In this document: positions 1 to 8,334 of the stretch, one piece after another | Layout of the letters: every line of letters starts with the position of its first letter | Numbering within the stretch: the first letter of the stretch is position 1 | From: Pseudomonadota bacterium | Lineage (GTDB): Bacteria; Myxococcota_A; Bradymonadia; UBA4248 | DNA: 34,476 nucleotides | NCBI GenBank assembly: GCA_017555665.1 | Contig: JAFZFY010000215.1 | Location: 1-34,476 of the forward strand | Direction: 5' to 3' | Notes under the pieces: generated by a model | Told to the model about the DNA's origin: nothing | The model's database searches: none | What the model saw: the letters and a program-made list of their open reading frames with translations, nothing else | Position numbers and translations under genes: made by a program

Positions 1-76
1 CTCCTTCAAGGCAAACCCATCAGATTTTCGCAATGAAGCAAGGCTACGTCAATTGAAATGATCCACATTACCTTAG

Positions 77-109
77 AAAAAAGTGGCGTTTTGTCCCAAA
101 ACGCCACTT
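77..109 (-). terminator. Rho-independent terminator ending the minus-strand rlmK-recF-dynamin operon
   Basis: Perfect 13-bp inverted repeat AAGTGGCGTTTTG-TCC-CAAAACGCCACTT (81-109) next to an A-run (77-82) that reads as a U-tract on the minus strand, about 80 bp past the lipoprotein stop. Confidence 0.75.
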
Positions 110-137
110 ATTTCACAGTCTCCGTGACACGTCTCTT

Positions 138-163
138 GCGCGGCGTATCGCAGATAGCCGCGC
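138..163. repeat. Bulged-hairpin REP-like repeat
   Basis: GCGCGGC-G-TATC-GCA-GATA-GCCGCGC; same core as the copies at 15339, 15380, 18481, 18519, 24411, 24446, 28652, 34420 and 34451. Confidence 0.75.
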
Positions 164-190
164 CATATAAAGACGTTCTGCGGAACGCCT

Positions 191-895
191 CTAAAGCTCC
201 TGGCAGTTGCAGAGGCCATCGGTGCATACGGCAAGCGTGCCGGGTTTGAATTTCTCGCAGATTTTGGTGCATCTGGCTGCGGCATCCTCACCGGTGCAGG
301 CGAGTGTTTCGCGGCTGAGGCACTGGCATTTGTCGTTCTGGCACACGGACATGACGGCGCCGATGGCTTGGCAGGATAGTTCGCAATCCGAGTCGGCCTG
401 GCAGTCGTTTGACTGACATTCGCATTTGTTGTTCTGGCATATCGGTGTCGAATTGGGCTTGTAGAGCTCGCAAACCGCGGTACATGCGCTTGAGATGCCG
501 GTGCCTTCGCAGGCAAGTTCGATATCAGAGGCGCAGGCGCAGATGCCGTCATGACATGCGGTCATCGGGGCATCCGGGCATTTGGCGGCACAATCGGAGG
601 CGGCGTTGCATTCACGCGCCTGACATTCGCAGTATCCCTCAAGGCAGACGCCCTTTGTGCCGGGCTGGAAGGAATTGCAGATGGCTGTGCAGTTGTCTGT
701 TTCGGCATTTCCGGAACAGGCGAGAGCTTCTTTGGAGACGCATCTGCAGGCGTTGTTTTGGCAGTCGAACATGATCGTGTTGAGATCGTAGGCACGGCAG
801 AAGAGCTCGCAGTCCGCTTTTGCTTTGCACAGGCTGTTGTCGTCACAGGCGGTCAGAGATACGAGAAGGAGTAGGCAGAGGGAGAGTTTTTTCAT
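191..895 (-). CDS. Cys-rich lipoprotein with six tandem CSab (defensin/scorpion-toxin-like) 6-Cys modules
   Basis: ATG at 895 gives MKKLSLCLLLLVSLTAC (signal peptide II, lipobox LTAC); the mature part has 36 Cys in six C-xn-C-x3-C-xn-C-x4-C-x-C units. The ORF track start at 940 overlaps the dynamin stop. Confidence 0.8.
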   Translation of the reverse strand: MKKLSLCLLLLVSLTACDDNSLCKAKADCELFCRAYDLNTIMFDCQNNACRCVSKEALACSGNAETDNCTAICNSFQPGTKGVCLEGYCECQARECNAASDCAAKCPDAPMTACHDGICACASDIELACEGTGISSACTAVCELYKPNSTPICQNNKCECQSNDCQADSDCELSCQAIGAVMSVCQNDKCQCLSRETLACTGEDAAARCTKICEKFKPGTLAVCTDGLCNCQEL

Positions 896-936
896 AGGGT
901 CTTGGAATGGCTCGAATGATATGCCCATTCGGGGAT

Positions 937-2526
937 TCATTTGTAAAGTCCGGCTTCGATCTCGCTCCAGTCAGTGCGCGGCGATTCGAGGAGCCGTGCC
1001 GCAATATTCTGGATGTGTTCGGTGAGCTGGTGACAGTGGTCGCGAATCAGTTCGTTGAGGAGGTTGTTTTGATGATCCAGCTCGTCTTTGAAGGCTTTTC
1101 TGAAGGCGTCTGCGCGTCTGTGTATATCGTTTTCGGCCATGTTTCGGAGCACTTCACGGCGTGGGCGTTCGGCGCGTCCGGAGAGCAGGATGGGGACTGG
1201 CGTGAAGAACATGGCGACGTTGTCTGTCGTGTCAAACGCGCCGGTTCGGGCGGGGCTTTTGAGGAGGAGGCAGATGCGCCTGAGATGGAACTCAAAGCGC
1301 GGGATGTCAGGGGATTGCGGCATGAGTTCATGCCAGAGCGCGTGCATGAGCGTGTCTAGGCTGTCGATCACGAGATGATAGGTGTTTTTGCCGAATTCCA
1401 GAAATGCGTCGCGGATAAAGTCTTCGAGGTATTTTTCGACATCTTCGAGGAAGACCTTGTTGATTTCGCGCGGAATCGCTTTGAGGAAAGCCTGTTCGAA
1501 CCGGTCTGTATCGTCGGATACGAGCTGTTTGAGGTGTGCCGTGTGCTGGGTGATCCGATGCAGGATGTCGGCGATGATGAGGGGCGTCATCTGCCTGTCG
1601 GTGGCGGGACTGGCTTTTTTGAGGCTTTTGAGCGCGGGGGGATCGAGCTGTTCGATGGCGCGATAAAGCGGATAAAAGCCTTCGAGTGATGCCTGAAGCT
1701 GGCCTCCGAGCTTGTTGATATATCTGGCTTCATAGGACTGTTTTCCAGCCGTGATGTCGCTTGCGATGCGCGCCTTGAGGGCGTTCCAGTCGCCCGAGCG
1801 TTTCTTTGAGGAGATCATGTAGAACGGTTCGTTCGCGATCGTAAGCGCAAGGCATGATTCCGTATAGTGGCAGACTTCGAGGTGTTCGTCGTCGTCCAGA
1901 CGGTCGCATTTGTTGATCACGATCGCGCGCGATTGTGCGGGGAGCGCGTCTGTGATCTGGGAGAGGATATCCTGTTCCGTATGTGTCATGGGCTGGTTGG
2001 CATCGAGCAGGAACAGCAGGAGGTCGGCTTTTCGCACATACCGGTTGAGAAAGCTTTCCCGAACAAAGGATGCCTCATTAAGTCCCGGTGTGTCGATGAA
2101 CACGCATTCTCTGTCAAATGCTTGAGATTCGAGGTAAATGTCGAGTCTGTCAGCCGATTTTTTGATGAGGATATCCGGGAGTTTGGATCGTGAATCTCGC
2201 CGCCAGTCTGACCATTCCCATGTGGCGATCTTCTCAGAGCCGGCCGATGATGTCACGAGGCGGTGTTCCGCGCCGAAATGCAGGAACGTGTCGATCTGGG
2301 TTGTCGGGGTGACGCCGTATGGGAGGATATCTTCACCGATGAGCGCGTTGATCAGTGAGGATTTTCCGTGGTTGAATTCCCCCAGGAATATCACGTGTAT
2401 CGCCCTGTTCTGGAGCGTTTGCTCAAAGTCTTGCTGCCATTGGGCGGCAAATCGGGAGAGCCCCATTTGATGCGCGATCGAGAGGAGCTCGTTGATATGA
2501 TCGGGTATCAGGATGTCAGCTGACAT
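937..2526 (-). CDS. Bacterial dynamin-like GTPase (Dynamin_N domain)
   Basis: G1 GEFNHGKSSLIN, G2 GVTPTT, G3 DTPG, G4 NKCD; helical C-terminal half. Confidence 0.85.
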   Translation of the reverse strand: MSADILIPDHINELLSIAHQMGLSRFAAQWQQDFEQTLQNRAIHVIFLGEFNHGKSSLINALIGEDILPYGVTPTTQIDTFLHFGAEHRLVTSSAGSEKIATWEWSDWRRDSRSKLPDILIKKSADRLDIYLESQAFDRECVFIDTPGLNEASFVRESFLNRYVRKADLLLFLLDANQPMTHTEQDILSQITDALPAQSRAIVINKCDRLDDDEHLEVCHYTESCLALTIANEPFYMISSKKRSGDWNALKARIASDITAGKQSYEARYINKLGGQLQASLEGFYPLYRAIEQLDPPALKSLKKASPATDRQMTPLIIADILHRITQHTAHLKQLVSDDTDRFEQAFLKAIPREINKVFLEDVEKYLEDFIRDAFLEFGKNTYHLVIDSLDTLMHALWHELMPQSPDIPRFEFHLRRICLLLKSPARTGAFDTTDNVAMFFTPVPILLSGRAERPRREVLRNMAENDIHRRADAFRKAFKDELDHQNNLLNELIRDHCHQLTEHIQNIAARLLESPRTDWSEIEAGLYK

Positions 2527-3640
2527 GTTGGATGCATCCGTTATCGACGCTGAACATTCTCGCGACGCTGTCGATATGGACGTGTTCGCGGGATGTTGTG
2601 GTTAAAAAAGTCTGGGCGGTGAGGTTGTTGAGATATTCGAAGAGACGTTTGTGGCGGACGGGGTCGAGTTCGCTTGAGATGTCATCGAGCAGGAATATCG
2701 GTTCGATATCCGCTTCAGTTTTGAGGCATGCGATTTCGGCCATTTTGATCGCGAGGCTCATGGCGCGTTGTTGTCCTTGGCTGGCATAGAGCTTTGCGGG
2801 TCGTCCGTTGAGCGCGATAGACCAGTCATCACGGTGCGGGCCTTCGACCATCTGCTGTCTGGCGAGTTCGCGTTGACGGGCATTTGCCATGGCATGTCTG
2901 TATGCGTCAATGATCTGTTCCAATGGGGGTTCGCAGCCGTTGCCGAGGACGATCTCGTCGTGCATGTTGGCATTTTTATAGACAGGCAAACATGCCATGT
3001 CTTGGTCGAATATGGCGGCGAATACCTGCCGTATGTGTGGGGCGATCAGCTTGAGGTATTGATATCGCGCTTCGATCAGCCGGCATCCGATAGGGATGAG
3101 CTGTTCATCGTAGATGTCGAGCAGCGATGCATCAGGCGTATCAGCCCTGAGCGCGGCGGATTTTTGTTTTTGCAATTTCTGGTACTGTTCGAGATCGATG
3201 AGATATGCCGGTCTGAGATTGAAGACCATGCGGTCTAGCGATGTGCGCCTTTGCATCGGCGGCGCCTGCAGGAAGGCGACATCCATCGGAACGAACAGGA
3301 TTGCCCGGAGTATTCCGAGATAATCGCGTGCACGCGTGCATGGGGAGCCGTCGATATAGGGTCTGCGGAGTTTCGTGTCGAGCTCAAGGCCGAGGCGTAT
3401 CGTGGACGCGCCGTTATGTACGACAGCGGATAGTTGTGCTTTTGGGGTGTCGAATGCGATGAGGTCGCTGAGCTTGTCGGCGCGAAAGCCTTTGAGGAAA
3501 GCTAACGTGTAGATGGCTTCGAGGAGATTGCTCTTTCCCTGTGCGTTTGCGCCGTAGAACACGTTGAACCCGCTTGAGAACTCAAGGCTTGCGAGGGCGA
3601 GGTTTCGGAAATGCAGGATGTCGAGTGAAGAGATGTGCAT
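2516..3640 (-). CDS. recF: DNA replication/repair protein RecF
   Basis: MHISSLDILHFRNL, Walker A GANAQGKSNLLEAI, GPHRDD, SQGQQR and LLDDISSELD signatures; true start is ATG 3640, not 3916. Confidence 0.95.
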   Translation of the reverse strand: MHISSLDILHFRNLALASLEFSSGFNVFYGANAQGKSNLLEAIYTLAFLKGFRADKLSDLIAFDTPKAQLSAVVHNGASTIRLGLELDTKLRRPYIDGSPCTRARDYLGILRAILFVPMDVAFLQAPPMQRRTSLDRMVFNLRPAYLIDLEQYQKLQKQKSAALRADTPDASLLDIYDEQLIPIGCRLIEARYQYLKLIAPHIRQVFAAIFDQDMACLPVYKNANMHDEIVLGNGCEPPLEQIIDAYRHAMANARQRELARQQMVEGPHRDDWSIALNGRPAKLYASQGQQRAMSLAIKMAEIACLKTEADIEPIFLLDDISSELDPVRHKRLFEYLNNLTAQTFLTTTSREHVHIDSVARMFSVDNGCIQHVS

Positions 3641-3641
3641 G

Positions 3642-4184
3642 TCAGGGGGTGACCTCAACGCCTTGATTAATGGTGACGCCGTCGACATCAATGGGGGCAG
3701 GGAGCGGCCTGTGGAGGACTGGGGGCTGTGCGTTTTTTTCGATATGGGGGGGATAGGTTTCGTGCACTTCGATGCCGAATCCGCCGTCCTGAAGCGAGAC
3801 CGTGACTTTGGCAGCGGGGGCTGTGCCGCGCAGTCTGAATGTTTTGGCGATCCGCTGGCCTTTGATCGGCGTTGCCAGCCGTATATCAGGGATCCCTTCG
3901 ACGAGTTCCGTGTCATCCAGGAGATCGAGGTGCATGACGGGCTGCCCTGAGAGCGCGTCGTTGTAGCTTACGGTAGCGGTGAGGAGCGTGTCGGTATCGT
4001 CTGTCGTGGCCGAAAGCTCAAGCGTGTAAGGCATGACGAAGGCGCGAGCCGCGAGGGCTTCTTGGGTCTGGGAATCGGCGGGCACGGCTTCGTGGGCGTT
4101 TGATTCGGGCGCTTCATTTTTGCTGGTGCAGCAGCCGGTCGCGAGTAGGGTAGCCAGTAAGGCTGTGAGGAGAGTTCTGTTCAT
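3642..4184 (-). CDS. Hypothetical lipoprotein
   Basis: MNRTLLTALLATLLATGC lipobox; stop lies 1 bp from the recF start; beta-rich-looking mature region. Confidence 0.75.
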   Translation of the reverse strand: MNRTLLTALLATLLATGCCTSKNEAPESNAHEAVPADSQTQEALAARAFVMPYTLELSATTDDTDTLLTATVSYNDALSGQPVMHLDLLDDTELVEGIPDIRLATPIKGQRIAKTFRLRGTAPAAKVTVSLQDGGFGIEVHETYPPHIEKNAQPPVLHRPLPAPIDVDGVTINQGVEVTP

Positions 4185-4209
4185 GAGTGATGCCTAGATC
4201 GATCCTGTG

Positions 4210-4797
4210 TTAAGTCTGCGAGTCAGCCCATCTGATGCGGGCGCGCGTCGCGTCCGTGAGGCGCGCTCTGATTTCATTTTCGAGATCAGCTTGGAAACTG
4301 ATCCGAAAATCGACACCATCTGGCGTATACGTTTCGGCTTCTTTTACCAGTTTTTTCTGTGTGATGATGCCATAAACGGCATAAGTGTCTGAAAAATCGA
4401 CGGAGAATGCGAGCGAGATCTGCGGGACGCGCGTGATTTTTTCGGCAGTTCTGAGGCACTCGGCGACGGTGTTTCCGTAGGCGCGCACGAGGCCGCCGAC
4501 ACCGAGTTTGATGCCGCCGAAATAGCGGACGACATGTGCCAGAACGTTGTCGAATTCCTGCCCGTCGATGGCAGCCAGTATGGGCCTTCCGGCGCTTCCG
4601 CCGGGTTCGCCGTCGTCATTGAAGCGGTATGTGTCGCCGATGCGGTAAGCCCAGCAGTTGTGCGTCGCATCCGGACAGTTGAGGCGCCGTATGGCATCCA
4701 TGGCTGCTTCTGGCGTATTCACGGGGACGCAAGTGGCGATAAAGCGCGATTTTTTGATATCGACAGCGAGCTGCGGTTCTCCAACGAGTTCGTACAT
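4210..4797 (-). CDS. yigZ: YigZ/IMPACT family protein
   Basis: IKKSRFIA, ATHNCWAY, DDGEPGGSAGRPIL and VVRYFGGIKLGVGGLVRAY motifs; start at ATG 4797 (MYELVG). Confidence 0.92.
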   Translation of the reverse strand: MYELVGEPQLAVDIKKSRFIATCVPVNTPEAAMDAIRRLNCPDATHNCWAYRIGDTYRFNDDGEPGGSAGRPILAAIDGQEFDNVLAHVVRYFGGIKLGVGGLVRAYGNTVAECLRTAEKITRVPQISLAFSVDFSDTYAVYGIITQKKLVKEAETYTPDGVDFRISFQADLENEIRARLTDATRARIRWADSQT

Positions 4798-4804
4798 GTG
4801 CGCC

Positions 4805-5833
4805 TCAGCTGTTGAGCGTGAATTTCCAGCACCTGTGTATGCGATGTGCCTTGAAATCTTCGGGGATAGATCGATCCGTGACATCGAGGACGGAGACGGC
4901 ACGCGAGCCGATCGTTGCCGGGACACGCTCGCGGTCAAAGGAGATCTTGCGGCTGTTTGTCGAGAAATAGAGGATGCCGTCCGGCGTGAGGAGGGACAGG
5001 CAGTTCCGGACGAGATCGGGCCACTGCTTGTTCGTGTCGAGCACGGCTTCGGTTTTCTTGGAGTTTGAGAATGTCGGCGGATCCAGGAGGATGATATCGA
5101 ATCCCTGTGCGTTGTTGTGCGCGCGTTTGCGCGACTCGATCTGCAGGAACTCGACGACATCGAAGCGTGTGCGCGGATAACGTTTGGTATCGGTGAAGCC
5201 GTTGAGCTCGAGGTTTTGTCCGGCCCAGTCGAGATAGGTGTTGGAGAGATCGACGGTCTGCACGAACGCCGCGCCGCCTTTGGCCGCAGCGCAGGTCAGG
5301 GTGCCGGTGTAGCCGAAGAGGTTGAGGACGCGTTTGCCGCTGGAGATCAAGGTCAGGTGTTGCCTGAGCGGTCGGTGATCCATGAACAGCCCGGTATCGA
5401 GATAATCGCTGAGATTGACACCGAATTCGAGCGTGTTCTCACGGACGACGCCGGAGATGGCGTCAGGCGCGTGCGTCTTGACGTATTGATTCGCGCCTTT
5501 CTGGCGTTTTCGCGTTCTGAGGATGACGTGATCCCTAGGGATATCGAGTGTCTGGGCGGCGCGTGCCGCCATTTCTTCGAGCCATGCATCCTCTTCTGCG
5601 GGGTCTTTTTCGTAGGGGCGTTCGAAGCGTGCCATATAGGCGTATGTGTCGACGACAGCGCCTTCATGGCCGATCATGCCGTAGAGATCGACGCAGAGCG
5701 GTATTTCGGGGATGTCGCGGTCATAAACTCTGTAAGCCGTGATATTTTGTCGTGCCGCCCATTTTTTGAGGTAGAGCGCGCGTTTTTTGAGTCGATTGGC
5801 GAACATTGTCGCCTGCGATTGAAGTTTGTCCAT
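4805..5833 (-). CDS. Class I SAM-dependent rRNA methyltransferase, stand-alone RlmK-like (C-terminal half of RlmKL)
   Basis: YRVYDRDIPE, RQKGANQY, VNLSDYLDTGLFMDHR, VLNLFGYTG, VDLSNTYLDW and LDPPTFSNSKK motifs. Confidence 0.85.
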   Translation of the reverse strand: MDKLQSQATMFANRLKKRALYLKKWAARQNITAYRVYDRDIPEIPLCVDLYGMIGHEGAVVDTYAYMARFERPYEKDPAEEDAWLEEMAARAAQTLDIPRDHVILRTRKRQKGANQYVKTHAPDAISGVVRENTLEFGVNLSDYLDTGLFMDHRPLRQHLTLISSGKRVLNLFGYTGTLTCAAAKGGAAFVQTVDLSNTYLDWAGQNLELNGFTDTKRYPRTRFDVVEFLQIESRKRAHNNAQGFDIILLDPPTFSNSKKTEAVLDTNKQWPDLVRNCLSLLTPDGILYFSTNSRKISFDRERVPATIGSRAVSVLDVTDRSIPEDFKAHRIHRCWKFTLNS

Positions 5834-6279
5834 GAGCGTCCAGATCAGAGAGAATCGATTCTGCGGTCATTCGACCGGCGTGTGCAGAGTATCACATCGC
5901 CGGGGTAAAGATAAGGGGCTGAGTGTGTATTTGCGGTGACTGTGATGCAGTTCAGCCCGGCTGAATGGCGTATTATGCGCGGCGCGTATGGCACGCGAAC
6001 GAAAAAAAACTGGCATAATGCTTTTTTTATGCGCATTAGAGGCATTGCTGTTGTATCAAAATGCGTTGTCGGCATGGATATGCCGTCAAAATTTTGATAT
6101 GCGTTGCAATGGTCATCAGGCATGTGGGGGGCCGGTGGTGCATTTGAGCCGAAAAAACGTCCTGGGCGATACTTTTTTTAACGGGATGTGGACAAACAGG
6201 TCGGACTTGCATTAAAACGGCGGTAGGTTTCCTTTTGCGCGAACTTTGAGAACGCGAACTATGAGAAGGAGAGAAGTCC

Positions 6280-8232
6280 TTGGTAAAGTTAGTTTACAGC
6301 GATCAGAGTGGTTGGGAGAAATCGGTAGAGGTCAACGAGCTAAATCCGACAGTCATGATTGGACGCAATCCGGATTGTGCGGTACAGACGGCGAATGCCT
6401 CGGTTTCTCGTGTTCATGCAATGGTGACTTGGAATAATGGCAAGATTTTTGTCCAGGATCCACCGAATGGCCGTCCGACGAATGGGACGAAGGTAGACGG
6501 CATGCGGCTTCAGCCGGGCCAGAAGCTGGAGCTTCTGGCGGGAAGCGAGCTTGTGTGCGGGAACTTTGCGATCCGAGTGGAAAGCGAGGGTCCAGGGGAG
6601 CGTGTGTCGCACATGGGAGAGCAGGCGGTGCCCGCCCAGCAGGCGAACGGGATGTACCAGCAGCAGGGGTACAACGGATATCAGCCTCAGGGACGTGGCG
6701 CGGCGGGGTGGATGCAGCAGGGACAGATGCCGCCGCAGCAGGGACAGATGCAGCAGCCTCCGATGGCGCAGCAGCCTCCGATGGCGCAACCCCAGATGCA
6801 GCAGCCTCCGATGGCGCAGCAGCCTCCGATGGCGCAGCCGCAGGGCGCAGTCGCGCAGCCAGCCGATGTGTCGCGCAAATCGCGCAGCAACAACCCCCGT
6901 GGCGGTTATGTCCAGGCACGCGATCGAGGCGCGATGTCTGCCGGTGTCGTGCCTCATGGCGACGACTCGCTAAGGCTTCAGGAAGAGATATCTCGCCTTC
7001 AGGAAGAGAATTCGCGTCTTCAGGCTGACAATCAGATCGCGCGTCAGGAGATCGAGCAGCTGCGAGCGAATGGCGGCGGCGGTGATGTCAAGGCGCTGCA
7101 GGACAAGCTTGAGGAGCGCGATCAGATCCTGACGGATTATGAGCGCCGCATCGAGTATCACGAGACGGTCGTGACCGGCCTGAAGGACATGATCGACAAG
7201 CTCAAGGAGCAGATCGATCACCAGAAGGAACAATATCAGGAGTGCCGTCGTGACCTTGTCACGTCGCAGGAAGAAGCGGAATCGCTCCGGATGGAGCTTA
7301 CGACGCTGAAAGAGACGCTCGACTCGAAGGGTATGGCGACATCGAATGCGGAGACGACGATCGCTGATCTGAAGGTGCAGCTTCAGCAGAAGAACCGCCT
7401 GCTGTCGGATCTTCAGAGGGATCTGGATATCGCGCAGTACTCGTGCAAGGAAGAGCGCGAGAATGTCGAGCATTTGAAAGAGAATGTGGACAAGCTGAAT
7501 GCAGAGCTTGAGGAGAGTCAGCGCCGCAATCGCGATATGAAGAAAGTGGTTGAGCAGCACGAGGTGATGTTCAATGAGCTCAAGGGCAACCTGAACGACC
7601 GGGCGCGTGAGATCCGTCAGCTTCAGGATTCGCTTCGCCAGCAGGGCGGCGGTGACAGCGCGGCATTGATGCAGGAGCTGTCGCAGGTTCGCGACAGCCT
7701 GACGAAGCGCAACAGCGAGGCAGAGCTGCTCCAGAAGCAGCTTGAGGAAGCGCTGAAGGCGACAGCGGGCGCGGAGGCGGCCAATGTGACGCTGAAGGTT
7801 CGTGTGAACGAGCTCGAAAAAGGCGCGGGCGGCGATGCCGCGCTCAAGGATCGCGTGAGTGCGCTCGAAAAAGAGAATGCAGACCTCAAGGACAAGCTGG
7901 CGTCTGGCAGCGGTGGTGGCAGCGTGGATGGCGATCTGATGGAGCGCATCCGCGGTCTGTATAGCGACATGAATGATGTCGTGAGCCAGTGGCGTGAGGA
8001 TCTCGGGATGCTCGATGCGAGCATATCAGATCTCCAGCGCGTGTTCGTGGCATACGTGAAGATCGATATCTCGAAGCTTCAGGAGAAGGATCGCAAGCGT
8101 TTTGAAAAAATTTCTGACCTTGATCCCAGGCTGATTTTCGAGGATATCGCGAATGCGCTTGATTCGAGCCAGAATTCACTCGGGTCGATCAAGGAGAAGC
8201 TGAAAGATTTAAGGAGCGTGCTTCAGGCGTGA
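6280..8232 (+). CDS. FHA-domain protein with Q/P-rich linker and long coiled coil
   Basis: TTG start with AAGGAG RBS; FHA motifs IGRNPDC, SVSRVHA, TNGT; QQPPMA repeats; about 400 aa of heptad-rich E/L/Q/K sequence. Confidence 0.88.
   Translation: MVKLVYSDQSGWEKSVEVNELNPTVMIGRNPDCAVQTANASVSRVHAMVTWNNGKIFVQDPPNGRPTNGTKVDGMRLQPGQKLELLAGSELVCGNFAIRVESEGPGERVSHMGEQAVPAQQANGMYQQQGYNGYQPQGRGAAGWMQQGQMPPQQGQMQQPPMAQQPPMAQPQMQQPPMAQQPPMAQPQGAVAQPADVSRKSRSNNPRGGYVQARDRGAMSAGVVPHGDDSLRLQEEISRLQEENSRLQADNQIARQEIEQLRANGGGGDVKALQDKLEERDQILTDYERRIEYHETVVTGLKDMIDKLKEQIDHQKEQYQECRRDLVTSQEEAESLRMELTTLKETLDSKGMATSNAETTIADLKVQLQQKNRLLSDLQRDLDIAQYSCKEERENVEHLKENVDKLNAELEESQRRNRDMKKVVEQHEVMFNELKGNLNDRAREIRQLQDSLRQQGGGDSAALMQELSQVRDSLTKRNSEAELLQKQLEEALKATAGAEAANVTLKVRVNELEKGAGGDAALKDRVSALEKENADLKDKLASGSGGGSVDGDLMERIRGLYSDMNDVVSQWREDLGMLDASISDLQRVFVAYVKIDISKLQEKDRKRFEKISDLDPRLIFEDIANALDSSQNSLGSIKEKLKDLRSVLQA
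6751..6834 (+). repeat. Intragenic tandem repeat (CAGCAGCCTCCGATGGCG x4, encoding QQPPMA)
   Basis: Four exact 18-bp units at 6751, 6769, 6799 and 6817, interrupted by one 12-bp spacer. Confidence 0.9.
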
Positions 8233-8334
8233 TGCTTGAAGGATCGATTGGTTATGGGCGGTGCCGCATGTGCGGTCGATGACTGCGCGATCGCGGCGGC
8301 CGCCTGATTTATAATTATTAGACGGGAGCAGACG

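Noticed and set aside
9-60. GGCAAACC resembling the start of a c-di-GMP-I riboswitch
   Set aside because: The GAAA-tetraloop stem and GACGCAAAGC segment are missing; CTCCTTC at 1-7 looks like the RBS of a minus-strand gene outside the window
3641-3916. N-terminal extension of the recF ORF (also the long yigZ, TPR, M16, PFOR-like and HAD ORF starts)
   Set aside because: The extensions overlap neighbouring genes or hairpin repeats; family motifs or signal peptides begin at the downstream ATGs
5117-5908. 263-aa plus-strand ORF
   Set aside because: Antisense shadow of the RlmK-like gene in GC-rich DNA; no motifs
5968-5997. GGCGTATTATGCGC-GGC-GCGTATGGCA as another bulged-hairpin copy
   Set aside because: The right arm lacks ATA-GCC and pairing is poor; at most a decayed copy
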